Source: Acidobacteriota bacterium (GTDB lineage Bacteria; Acidobacteriota; Thermoanaerobaculia; Gp7-AA8). Taken from it: a DNA stretch of 64,000 bases. Below the pieces are notes generated by a model. It did not search any database. It had not been told where the DNA came from and saw only the letters and a program-made list of their open reading frames with translations. Position 1 is the first letter of the stretch. Each line of letters starts with the position of its first letter. A program made the position numbers and the translations under genes. The stretch spans positions 63,587-127,586 of the forward strand of contig JAFATB010000014.1 in the NCBI GenBank assembly GCA_019244185.1. The letters are read 5' to 3'. Of this stretch, positions 55,853 through 64,000 are shown in pieces.

Positions 55853-58800
55853 ATGACAGGCCGTGCCGGGAGCCTGATGCGTGCGGCTTCGGGTCGCAAA
55901 GGTTCATACTGCCCCCATCCCATGAACTCCATCGGCGGGGGCTTCGACGACACCGAGCGGCTCGGGGCGGGCGGGGACGGCGCGGCGTTGCCGTTCGAGG
56001 ACGAGCGGCGGATGCCGGCGAGTGTCGGGCGGTATCAGATCGGCGTGCTCCTCGGGGCGGGCGGGATGGCGGAGGTGTATCGCGCGTTCGATCCGATGCT
56101 GAACCGCGCGGTCGCGTTGAAGTTTCTGCGCGAGACGAATCGCGAGCATCTGACGCGGTTTCTGCGCGAGGCGCGGGCGCAGGCGCAGGTGGGGCACGAC
56201 AACATCTGCGACGTCTACGAGGCCGGCGTCGCCGACGGGCACGCGTTCATCGCCATGCGCTGCATCGACGGCGAGACGCTCGCCGACGCGGCGCCGCGCA
56301 TGTCCGTCGACGAGAAAGTCGCGGTGCTGGCCGATGTCGCGGAAGCGGTGCACGCGGCGCATCGCACGGGGCTCGTGCATCGCGATCTCAAGCCGAACAA
56401 CATCATGGTCGAGGCGAGCCCCGAGGGCGGGTGGCATGCGTGGGTGCTCGACTTCGGGCTCGCGCGCGACTCGTCGATGGACACCATGACCACCATCGGC
56501 ACGATCATGGGCACGCCGCCGTACATGGCGCCGGAGCAGGCGCGCGGCGAGCGCGCCAGCATCGACCGCCGCACGGACGTTTACAGCCTCGGCGCCACGC
56601 TCTTCGATCTGCTCAGCGGACGTCCGCCGTTCGTCGCCGACTCCAGTGTCGCCGTGATGCTGAAGGTGATGAACGAGGACGCGCCGTCGCTGCGCGCGCT
56701 CGATCCGTCGATTCCGCTCGACCTCGAAACGATCGTCCTCAAGTGCCTCGAGAAAGATCCGCAGCGCCGCTACGACTCCGCGCGCGCGCTCGCGGAAGAC
56801 CTCCGCCGCTACCTCGACGGCGAGCCGATCGCCGCGCGGCGCACGACGTTCGTCTATCGCTGGATGGTCCGCGCGCGCAAGCAACCGGTCATCGCCACGC
56901 TCCTTGGCATCGCGTTCGTGGCGGTGCTCGCGTCGATGGCGTGGGCGGTGACGACGTCGATCCGTTCCGCGGAACGCCAGCGCGCCGCGCAGCGCTTCGG
57001 CCAGGAGATCGAGCGCATCGAGGCCGTGGCGCGTTACGCGAACATGCTGCCGCTCCACGACGTGCAGCGCGAGCGCCGCCGCATCCGCAATGCGATCGGC
57101 ACCATCGAGCGCGAGATGCGCACGCTCAACGCGACGTCGGCCGCGCCCGCGCATTACGCGATCGGCCGCGGCTACCTCGCGCTGCGCGAATATGACCTCG
57201 GCCGCCGCCATCTCGAGGCCGCCTGGAACGGCGACTACCGCGCGCCGGAAGTCGCGTACGCGCTCGGCCGCGTCATCGGCGCGCAGTATCAGGAGCAGCT
57301 CGAGGAAGCGGACCGCATCGCCAACGCCGACGCGCGCGCGGCGCGGCGCAAGCAGGTCGAGCAGCAGTATCGCGACGCGGCCCTCGGCTGGCTGCGGCGC
57401 AGCTCGAGCGCGGCCGGCGAGTCGCCCGCGTACGGCGAGGCGCTGATCGCGTTCTACGAGAAACGCTACGACGCCGCGCTCGCGCGGGCGCGGCAGGCGT
57501 TCGCGGACGTGCCGTGGATGTACGAGGCGAAGACGCTCGAAGGCGACATCTGGACCGAGCGCGGCACCAATCAGTTCAACAGCGGCGCCGTCGACGACGC
57601 CGTGGCGAGCTACACGCGCGCGGGCGATGCGTATCGCGAAGCGGAAGCGATCGCGTCGAGCGACGAGACGGTGATGCTCGGCGAGGCGGAGCAGGCGTTC
57701 CGGCTGATGGTCGTGGCCATCGCGCGCGGCGGCGATCCGACGGAGATGTTGCAGCGCGGCCTCGCCGCGGCCGAGCGCGCGACGGCCACGCGCGGCGATC
57801 TCGAGGCGAGCTATCGCGAGGAAGCGCTGCTCCTCCAGCGCTACGCCGACTGGCAGCAGTCGCAGGGACAGTCGCCGCTCGCCAGTCTCGACCGCGCCAT
57901 CGCGTTCGGACGCAACGCCGTCGCCGCGGACCCGAAGAGCGGCGCCGCGTTCCTCGCGCTCGGCTCCGCGCTCTTCATCCGCGCGCGCTACGCGGCGATG
58001 CACGGCGAGGATGCGATTCCGCTGTACGACGCGTCGATCGCGAACCTGCGGCGCTCCGTCGCGCTCGAACCGCGCAACGCGAACATCCTCATGAGCCTCG
58101 CGAACTCGCTGCGCAGAAAAGCGGAGGCGCTGGGGGAGAAAGGCGGCAATCCGCTGGCGCTGCTCAACGAGTCGATCGTGTACTACGACCGCGCCACCGC
58201 CGCGAATCCGCAGTGGCCGAACAGCTTCAACGACCGCGGCCTCGCCTTCATGACGCGCGGCGAATGGGAAGCGAACAACGGCATCGACCCGACCGCGTCG
58301 TACGAGGAATCGGCGCACAGCCTCGAGCGCGCGATCGCCATCAATCCGCGCTTCTCCGTCGCGCTGCTCAACCTCGGCACCGTGCACGTCGACCGCGCCA
58401 GCGCGGCGCTGCAGGCCGGACGCGATCCGCGACCGGCCGTGCAGCAGGCGAACGACACGTTTGCGGCGGCGCTGCAACTGAATCCGAAGCTCGCCTTCGC
58501 GTACTCGAACGCCGGCATCGCCAGCGTCATCGGCGCGCAGTGGGCGCTCGACGTCGGCGACGATCCGCGCCCATGGCTCGAGCGCGGCAAGGCGGCGTTC
58601 GCGCACGCGCTGGAGATCAATCCGCAGCACGCGAACTCGTATCTCTACACCGCCTCGCTCCTGCTCGCCGGCGCGCAGTGGACGGCGCGCAACGGCGGCG
58701 ATCCGACGGCGCTGCTCGACGAGGCGCGCGCCAACGTGCGCCGCTCGGATGCGATCCGTCCCGACAGCGGCGACACGCTGCAGGTCGCGGCGTCGATCGA

Positions 58801-59167
58801 GGCGGAAGCGGCGCGCTACGCGCTCGCGCAGCATCGGTCCGCGGATGCGGCGCTGCGCGCGGCGCAGGCGTCCATCGACCGCGCGCGGCAGCAGAACGCG
58901 AGCGACGCGAAGATCTTCTACACGGCGGCGGACGTCGCGTACTTGCGCGGTAACGACGCCGACGCGATGCAGTTCGTCGATCGCGCGCTGGCGCTCGATC
59001 CGCGCGACAGCGACAGCCACGCGCTGCGCGGCGAGCTGCTGCTGCGCGGCCACGACGCGAAGGGCGCGCTCGGGGAGATCGACCGCGCCATCGCGCTCAA
59101 GCCGCCCGCGCGCGGCAAATGGGCGGCGCTGCGCGAAGAGGCGCGGCGTGCTACTTTCCCGCCATGA
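55853..59167 (+). CDS. Ser/Thr protein kinase with TM segment and extensive C-terminal TPR repeats
   Basis: Kinase subdomains: GAGGMAEVYRA...VALK (I/II), HRDLKPNNIMV (VIb), DFGLAR (VII), PPYMAPE (VIII). TM IATLLGIAFVAVLASMAWAV. Then more than 15 TPR-like repeats. Start may be an internal Met. Confidence 0.8.
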   Translation: MTGRAGSLMRAASGRKGSYCPHPMNSIGGGFDDTERLGAGGDGAALPFEDERRMPASVGRYQIGVLLGAGGMAEVYRAFDPMLNRAVALKFLRETNREHLTRFLREARAQAQVGHDNICDVYEAGVADGHAFIAMRCIDGETLADAAPRMSVDEKVAVLADVAEAVHAAHRTGLVHRDLKPNNIMVEASPEGGWHAWVLDFGLARDSSMDTMTTIGTIMGTPPYMAPEQARGERASIDRRTDVYSLGATLFDLLSGRPPFVADSSVAVMLKVMNEDAPSLRALDPSIPLDLETIVLKCLEKDPQRRYDSARALAEDLRRYLDGEPIAARRTTFVYRWMVRARKQPVIATLLGIAFVAVLASMAWAVTTSIRSAERQRAAQRFGQEIERIEAVARYANMLPLHDVQRERRRIRNAIGTIEREMRTLNATSAAPAHYAIGRGYLALREYDLGRRHLEAAWNGDYRAPEVAYALGRVIGAQYQEQLEEADRIANADARAARRKQVEQQYRDAALGWLRRSSSAAGESPAYGEALIAFYEKRYDAALARARQAFADVPWMYEAKTLEGDIWTERGTNQFNSGAVDDAVASYTRAGDAYREAEAIASSDETVMLGEAEQAFRLMVVAIARGGDPTEMLQRGLAAAERATATRGDLEASYREEALLLQRYADWQQSQGQSPLASLDRAIAFGRNAVAADPKSGAAFLALGSALFIRARYAAMHGEDAIPLYDASIANLRRSVALEPRNANILMSLANSLRRKAEALGEKGGNPLALLNESIVYYDRATAANPQWPNSFNDRGLAFMTRGEWEANNGIDPTASYEESAHSLERAIAINPRFSVALLNLGTVHVDRASAALQAGRDPRPAVQQANDTFAAALQLNPKLAFAYSNAGIASVIGAQWALDVGDDPRPWLERGKAAFAHALEINPQHANSYLYTASLLLAGAQWTARNGGDPTALLDEARANVRRSDAIRPDSGDTLQVAASIEAEAARYALAQHRSADAALRAAQASIDRARQQNASDAKIFYTAADVAYLRGNDADAMQFVDRALALDPRDSDSHALRGELLLRGHDAKGALGEIDRAIALKPPARGKWAALREEARRATFPP

Positions 59168-60459
59168 GAATTGCAGCGCTCGCCCTCTCGCTCTCGCTCG
59201 CTCTCACCGCGTTCGCGCAACGTCCGGCGCAGACTCCCGCGGCGCCGCATGTCATCGCGCTCAAGGCCGCGCGCATGTTCGACGGCACGTCGAACGACGT
59301 CGTCGCGCCGGGACTCGTCGTCGTGGAAGGCTCGCGCATCCGCGCGATCGGCGGCGCGGTGCCGGCCGGCGCGGAAGTCATCGATCTCGGCGACGTCACG
59401 CTGTTGCCCGGCTTCATCGACGCGCACACGCACCTCTCGTTCGAGTCGGGCGACAACTTCTACCGCGAATACTTCGAAGGGCTGATGCGCCATCCGCCGG
59501 AGCAGGCGCTGCTCGCGTCGACGTACGCGCGTAAGACCATCGAAGCCGGCTTTACCACCGTGCGCGACGTCGGCTCGAACCAGTACATCGACGTCTCGCT
59601 GCGCAACGCCATCAACGCCGGCATCATCGTCGGACCGCGCATGCTCGTGGCCGTGCACGCGATCAGCGCGACCGGCGGCCACGGCGACTCCGACGCCTAC
59701 CCGCCGTCGCTCGGCATCCCGCAGTCGGGACCGATCGACGGCATCTGCAACGGTCCTGAAGAGTGCCGCGCGGCGGTGCGCTACCAGATCAAATACGGCG
59801 CGGACGTGATCAAGGCCATGCCCTCGGGCGGCGTGCTGTCGCTCGCCGATCCGGTCGACGTGCCGGAGCTGACGAAGGACGAGATCACGGCCATCGTCGA
59901 GGAAGCGCACGCGTGGAAGCGCAAGGTCGCCGCGCACTGCCACGGCGACGCGGCGGCGAAGACGGCCATCACCGCGGGCGTGGACTCGATCGAGCACGGC
60001 ACGTTCCTGCAGCCCGACACGCTGGCGATGATGCGCGACAAGGGCACGTATCTCGTGCCGACGCTGCTCGCGGCGGAGACGCTGAAGACGAAGCTCGACG
60101 GGCTTCCGCCGGCCGTCGCGAACAAGGCGCGCGCGGCCATCGCGGCGCGCGACACGATGTTCCGCAACGCGCTCAAGAGCGGCGTGAAGATCGCGTTCGG
60201 CACCGACTCCGCGGTCTCGCGCCACGGCGTGAACGCGCGCGAGTTCGCGCTGATGACGAGCCTCGGCATGTCGCCCGCCGCCGCGCTGCGCACGATCGGG
60301 ACGAGCGCCGCGCTCCTCGGCGTCGACGACCGCCTCGGCTCGCTCGCCGCCGGCAAGCTCGCCGACGTCGTGGCGGTGCCGGGTAATCCGCTCACCGACA
60401 TCACCGCGACCGAGCGCGTGTCGTTCGTGATGAAGGAAGGGACGATCGTGAAGCGATGA
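59164..60459 (+). CDS. secreted metal-dependent amidohydrolase family protein
   Basis: ATGA overlap with the kinase gene. Signal peptide. GFIDAHTHL metal-binding motif. Confidence 0.75.
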   Translation: MRIAALALSLSLALTAFAQRPAQTPAAPHVIALKAARMFDGTSNDVVAPGLVVVEGSRIRAIGGAVPAGAEVIDLGDVTLLPGFIDAHTHLSFESGDNFYREYFEGLMRHPPEQALLASTYARKTIEAGFTTVRDVGSNQYIDVSLRNAINAGIIVGPRMLVAVHAISATGGHGDSDAYPPSLGIPQSGPIDGICNGPEECRAAVRYQIKYGADVIKAMPSGGVLSLADPVDVPELTKDEITAIVEEAHAWKRKVAAHCHGDAAAKTAITAGVDSIEHGTFLQPDTLAMMRDKGTYLVPTLLAAETLKTKLDGLPPAVANKARAAIAARDTMFRNALKSGVKIAFGTDSAVSRHGVNAREFALMTSLGMSPAAALRTIGTSAALLGVDDRLGSLAAGKLADVVAVPGNPLTDITATERVSFVMKEGTIVKR

Positions 60460-61013
60460 CCTTCCAGTGGATCTTCATGTTGTGGGGCGTGAGCGAGATC
60501 GTGCTCGCGATCGCGAAGCGCTCCGGCAGCACCGGCGCGACGCGTAAGGATCGCGGCTCGCTGTCGCTCCTGTGGCTCGCGATCGGAGGTGGGATTGCGC
60601 TCGCGGTGTGGCTGGCGTACGCGCAGCTCTCGCCGATCGCGCTGCCGCGCCGCACGATCCTCGCCGTCGCGGTGTCGCTGCTCCTCGCGGGTGTCGTGCT
60701 GCGCGTCGCCGCCATTGCGACGCTGAAGAAATCGTTCACCGTCGACGTCGCCGTGCGCGCCGATCAGACCATCATCCAGCACGGGCCGTATCGCTGGATG
60801 CGGCATCCGGCGTACACCGGCGCGCTGCTGTCGTTCTACGGCTTCGCGCTGTCGTTCGGCGACTGGCTGAGCGTCGCGGCGGTCGTCGTGCCGGTGACGC
60901 TCGCGTTTGCGTATCGCATCCGCGTCGAAGAGCGCGCGCTCGTCGAGCAGTTCGGCCGCGAGTACGAGGACTACATGCGCCGCACGAAGCGCCTCGTGCC
61001 CGGCGTGTTCTGA
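60456..61013 (+). CDS. isoprenylcysteine carboxyl methyltransferase (ICMT)/phospholipid methyltransferase family membrane protein
   Basis: RHPAYTGALLSFYGFAL ... EERALVEQFGREYEDY are typical of the ICMT/PEMT family. Confidence 0.7.
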   Translation: MTFQWIFMLWGVSEIVLAIAKRSGSTGATRKDRGSLSLLWLAIGGGIALAVWLAYAQLSPIALPRRTILAVAVSLLLAGVVLRVAAIATLKKSFTVDVAVRADQTIIQHGPYRWMRHPAYTGALLSFYGFALSFGDWLSVAAVVVPVTLAFAYRIRVEERALVEQFGREYEDYMRRTKRLVPGVF

Positions 61014-61064
61014 GCGGCGCGCGCGTTTTCGCGCGCGCCGCGTTCGCGGCGATAATCTCCGGAA

Positions 61065-61877
61065 TTGCTGCGAGAAGGATCGGTCCTCCGCCTCAGCGAA
61101 ACAGTCGTCGCGGCGTTGCTCGCCATCATCTGCGCGACGTTCGCCTTGCGCGCGCCGCAGGCGCTGCCGCTGCACGCGGCGCTGTTCATCGCATTCCTCG
61201 CGACGGCCGCGCTCGCGCGGCGGCATGACGGCATCCGCGCATTCGCACTCGTGGCGGTGCTGATGACGCTCTACTCGACGCTGGCCGAGCCGGCGTTCGT
61301 GGCCATGCGCGGCGCGAAGGACGCGACGCTCGCCGCCGTCGACCGCGTGCTGGCGTTCGGCCACGATCCCGCGCTCGTGGCGCAGCACTTCGTCACGCCG
61401 GCGAACCTCGAGTTCTTCTCGTTCATCTACGGCTTCTTCATCCCGTATCTGTGGATATCCATCTTTCTCGGCTGCGTCGGACGTCCGCGCCCCGAGCGCG
61501 CCGCGTTCCTCCTCGGCCTCACCATCACCTACACGCTCGCGTACCTCGGCTATCTCTTCGTCCCCGCGCGCGGGCCGGTCGAGTGGTACGCGTTCGCGGC
61601 GCCGCTGCACGGCGGCCGCTTCCACCGCATCGTGCTCGACTCCGTCGTCGCCACCGGCGGCAACCACGGCGCGTTCCCGAGCCTGCACGTCGGCGCGTCG
61701 GCGTATCTGTGTCTCTTCGACCTGAAACGCAATCCGCTGCGCGGGATGACCTACGTGCCGATGGTGCTGCTCATCACCGTCGCCACGATCGTGCTGCGCT
61801 ATCACTACGTCATCGACATCCTGACCGGCCTCGCCATCGCGTTCCTCGCCTTCACGGCGACGGAGCGTGCGCGATGA
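61065..61877 (+). CDS. multi-TM membrane protein, possibly PAP2-superfamily-like
   Basis: Six or more hydrophobic helices. FPSLHVGAS resembles the PAP2 PSGH region. Assignment weak. Confidence 0.35.
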   Translation: MLREGSVLRLSETVVAALLAIICATFALRAPQALPLHAALFIAFLATAALARRHDGIRAFALVAVLMTLYSTLAEPAFVAMRGAKDATLAAVDRVLAFGHDPALVAQHFVTPANLEFFSFIYGFFIPYLWISIFLGCVGRPRPERAAFLLGLTITYTLAYLGYLFVPARGPVEWYAFAAPLHGGRFHRIVLDSVVATGGNHGAFPSLHVGASAYLCLFDLKRNPLRGMTYVPMVLLITVATIVLRYHYVIDILTGLAIAFLAFTATERAR

Positions 61878-63136
61878 CGCTCTTCCGCGCGCTCGCGCGC
61901 GCCGGCACTTCGCTCTTCTTCGACGCCATCGAGATCGAAGGCGCGCCGCCGGCGGACGGGCCGCTGCTCGTCGTCGCCAATCACACCAACGGCCTCGTCG
62001 ACGGACTCGTGATCACCGCGGCGATACAACGGCGCGTGTCGCTGACCGCGAAGAGCACGCTGAAGAAGAACCCGCTGCTCGCCGCCATCATCTGGCTGGC
62101 GGACGCGGTGCCGCTCTATCGCAGGCAGGACGCGGTGGACGTGGCGAAGAACCTCGACTCGTTCGCGGCCGTGCGCGCGCGGCTCGCGGGCGGCGGCGCG
62201 GTATGCATCTTCCCGGAAGGGCAGAGCCACTCCGACGCGTCGATGCGCGAATTCAAAACGGGCGCGGCGCGCATCGCGCTCGGCTGCCGCGGCATCGGCC
62301 TGAAGATCGTGCCGGTGGGACTCGAGTACGACGCGAAGCAGCGCTTTCGTTCGTCAGTCATCGTGCGCTTCGGCGACGCGATCGACGCCGACGCCTTCGA
62401 CGACATCCACGCGCTGACGAACGAGCTCGAGGCGCGCGTCGGACAGCTGGCGACGCAGTTCCGCAGCGTGCGCGAGATGCTGTGGCTGCGATGGACGGCG
62501 GAACTGCTGGCGACGAATGCCGAGAATCCGCGTCCGCTGGATCGCGAATCGAGCACGTTTGCCGCGCGCGCGAAACGCATCGCGGAGCTGCGCGACGCGT
62601 ACGAACGCGCGAACCGCGACGACGTCGTCGATCTCGTCGCGGAACTGCGCGCGTATCGCCGCGAGCTGCGGCGCCTCGGCATCGCGCCGCACGAAGTGTG
62701 GCTATCCATGCATCCGCTGCAGGCGCTCTTCTTCACCATCCGTGAGCTCGAACTGCTGCTCGCCGGCGGCGCGATCGCCGCGATCGGCGCGGTGCAGCAC
62801 GGACTGGCGTTCCTCGCCGATCGCGTCGTGACGAAGAAGACCTCCATCGATCTCGATCACTGGGCGTCGAACGCGATCTTCTACGGCTTCGCGCTCTTTC
62901 CGCTCGTGACGATTCTCGGCATTGCCATCGTGGCCGCGCTCGCGGGCTGGCGGTGGGCGCTGCTGTACGCGCTCGCGGCGCCGTTCACGCTCGTCTATTC
63001 GATCCGGTGGAGCGAACGCATCGCCCGCGCGGCGCGGCGGGCGCGCACCTTTTTCACGTTCCTCGTGCATCGCGGCCTGCAGCGCGAGCTGCAACGGCGC
63101 GGACGCGCGCTGATCGACGCGATCTCGCGCGCATGA
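61874..63136 (+). CDS. lysophospholipid acyltransferase (PlsC/AGPAT family) with C-terminal membrane extension
   Basis: ATGA overlap with the upstream gene. HxxxxD motif (VANHTNGLVDGL) and FPEG motif (VCIFPEGQSHSD). Confidence 0.7.
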   Translation: MTLFRALARAGTSLFFDAIEIEGAPPADGPLLVVANHTNGLVDGLVITAAIQRRVSLTAKSTLKKNPLLAAIIWLADAVPLYRRQDAVDVAKNLDSFAAVRARLAGGGAVCIFPEGQSHSDASMREFKTGAARIALGCRGIGLKIVPVGLEYDAKQRFRSSVIVRFGDAIDADAFDDIHALTNELEARVGQLATQFRSVREMLWLRWTAELLATNAENPRPLDRESSTFAARAKRIAELRDAYERANRDDVVDLVAELRAYRRELRRLGIAPHEVWLSMHPLQALFFTIRELELLLAGGAIAAIGAVQHGLAFLADRVVTKKTSIDLDHWASNAIFYGFALFPLVTILGIAIVAALAGWRWALLYALAAPFTLVYSIRWSERIARAARRARTFFTFLVHRGLQRELQRRGRALIDAISRA

Positions 63137-63161
63137 AGCGCATGAGACGACAGGAGAACCG

Positions 63162-64000
63162 ATGATTCTTCCCTTCGACGATCCCGCGGCCACGCAACTC
63201 GCCGTCAGCGGCGGCAAAGGCGCGTCGCTGGCGAAGCTCTTCCAGGCCGGCTTCGACGTCCCGCCCGGCGTCATCATCCGCGCGTCGGCGACGATGCCCG
63301 ACGACGCGGCGTTCGCCGATTCCTTGCGCGACGCCACCGCAGCCCTCCTCGCGCGCGGCGCCGTCGCGGTGCGCAGCTCGTCGACGATGGAAGATCTCGC
63401 CGGCGCCGCGTTCGCCGGTCAGCACGACACCTTCCTCGGCATCACCACGTTCGAGCAGCTGCTCGACGCCGTGCGCAACTGCTTCGCCTCGCTCTGCACC
63501 GACCGCGCGGTTGCGTATCGCGAGGCGCGCGGCTTCGATCACGCGAAAGCGACCATGGCCGTCGTGGTGCAGTCGCTCGTGCACGCCGACGTTGCCGGCG
63601 TCGCGTTCTCGATGAACCCGATCACCGGCAACCTCGGCGAGATCGTGCTCAACGCGTCGTACGGCCTCGGCGAGACGGTCGTCTCCGGCGAAGGCGACGT
63701 CGATCAGTTCATCCTCGACAAGAAGAGCGGCGCCGTGCGCGAGCGCTCGATCGGCGCGAAGCTGCGCAAGATCGTCGCGAGCGGCGACGGCACGACGCGC
63801 GAGGTCGAGCTCACCGAAGACGAACGCGGCGCGTCGTCGCTGAGCGGAGCACAGCTCGAACAACTGCGCGCGCTCGTCGTCCGCGTCGAACGCTTCTACG
63901 CGTTTCCGCAGGACATCGAATGGGCGTTCGCGGGCGGCTCGCTTTACCTGCTGCAATCGCGGCCGATCACGAAGTTTCCCGCGCGCTGGACGCGCGGCGA
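63162..64000 (+). CDS. PEP-utilising enzyme (pyruvate,water dikinase/PPDK-like N-terminal domain), 3' partial
   Basis: RBS AGGAGA. ATP-grasp-like N-terminus LAVSGGKGASLAKL ... RSSSTMEDLAGAAFAGQHDTFLGI. Runs off the window end. Confidence 0.65.
   Translation, partial: MILPFDDPAATQLAVSGGKGASLAKLFQAGFDVPPGVIIRASATMPDDAAFADSLRDATAALLARGAVAVRSSSTMEDLAGAAFAGQHDTFLGITTFEQLLDAVRNCFASLCTDRAVAYREARGFDHAKATMAVVVQSLVHADVAGVAFSMNPITGNLGEIVLNASYGLGETVVSGEGDVDQFILDKKSGAVRERSIGAKLRKIVASGDGTTREVELTEDERGASSLSGAQLEQLRALVVRVERFYAFPQDIEWAFAGGSLYLLQSRPITKFPARWTRG

Noticed and set aside
1-64000. CRISPR arrays, rRNA genes, IS elements/transposases, integrases
   Set aside because: I saw no short regularly spaced direct repeats, no rRNA-like conserved stretches, and no DDE or serine/tyrosine recombinase motifs in any frame.

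Overview
The window is a 64 kb stretch of a very GC-rich (about 70% G+C) bacterial chromosome. The organism is not identifiable from sequence alone; a soil-type Gemmatimonadota/Acidobacteria/Myxococcota-like lineage would fit, but that is a guess. Gene density is high, and many genes are translationally coupled through 4-nt ATGA/GTGA overlaps. Most long antisense ORFs in the supplied track are GC-driven artefacts lying opposite genes I can recognise.

The layout from left to right:

(1) A housekeeping block: a Calx-beta repeat protein (5' partial), asnS, RNase J, uppP, an SGNH hydrolase, hpt, an all-helical hypothetical, an FAH-family hydrolase and a CCA/poly(A) polymerase-family nucleotidyltransferase. 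It ends in a roughly 140 bp imperfect palindrome, followed by a DUF4097-like secreted protein.

(2) An AT-richer intergenic island carrying an unannotated 29-aa Lys/Ser-rich small ORF with a strong RBS and its own terminator. Three tandem GT4 glycosyltransferases and a membrane-anchored hypothetical follow.

(3) The conserved yceD-rpmF-plsX-fabD-fabG lipid-synthesis operon, here without fabH or acpP/fabF.

(4) A defence-island-like insert between fabG and a divergent tRNA-Arg(UCG)/tRNA-Thr(CGU) pair. It holds an approximately 1100-aa nuclease-helicase made of a Cas4/RecB-like PD-(D/E)xK domain, an RNase H-like domain and a Upf1/Dna2-like SF1 helicase. Next to it is a three-gene cassette (TerB-N/TerB/TerB-C protein, P-loop ATPase, DEAD/DEAH helicase) that matches the Shango (SngABC) architecture, and then a GT-C membrane glycosyltransferase.

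(5) The most unusual locus. A Ras/MglA-like small GTPase is divergent from an approximately 9-10 kb tightly coupled operon. The operon encodes a Thr-rich membrane protein and a 1428-aa protein with an N-terminal tubulin/FtsZ-like GTPase signature and a C-terminal Hsp70/actin-like ATPase signature. It continues with a TM/coiled-coil protein, a MotA/TolQ-like channel protein with a long coiled-coil tail (ZorA-like), a MotB/OmpA-like protein (ZorB-like), two unannotated small TM peptides, a vWA lipoprotein and a CxxCH lipoprotein. I could not place this combination in any described system.

(6) A minus-strand operon of caspase-fold proteins (CHAT-TPR, two C14 caspases, DUF4236, two secreted hypotheticals), divergent from an ECF sigma/anti-sigma pair. 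A secreted vWA-thioredoxin-like protein and a Ser/Thr kinase-TPR protein follow.

(7) Lipid and amidohydrolase genes (amidohydrolase, ICMT-like methyltransferase, PAP2-like protein, PlsC-like acyltransferase) and the start of a PEP-utilising enzyme.

I saw no CRISPR arrays, rRNA or transposases.
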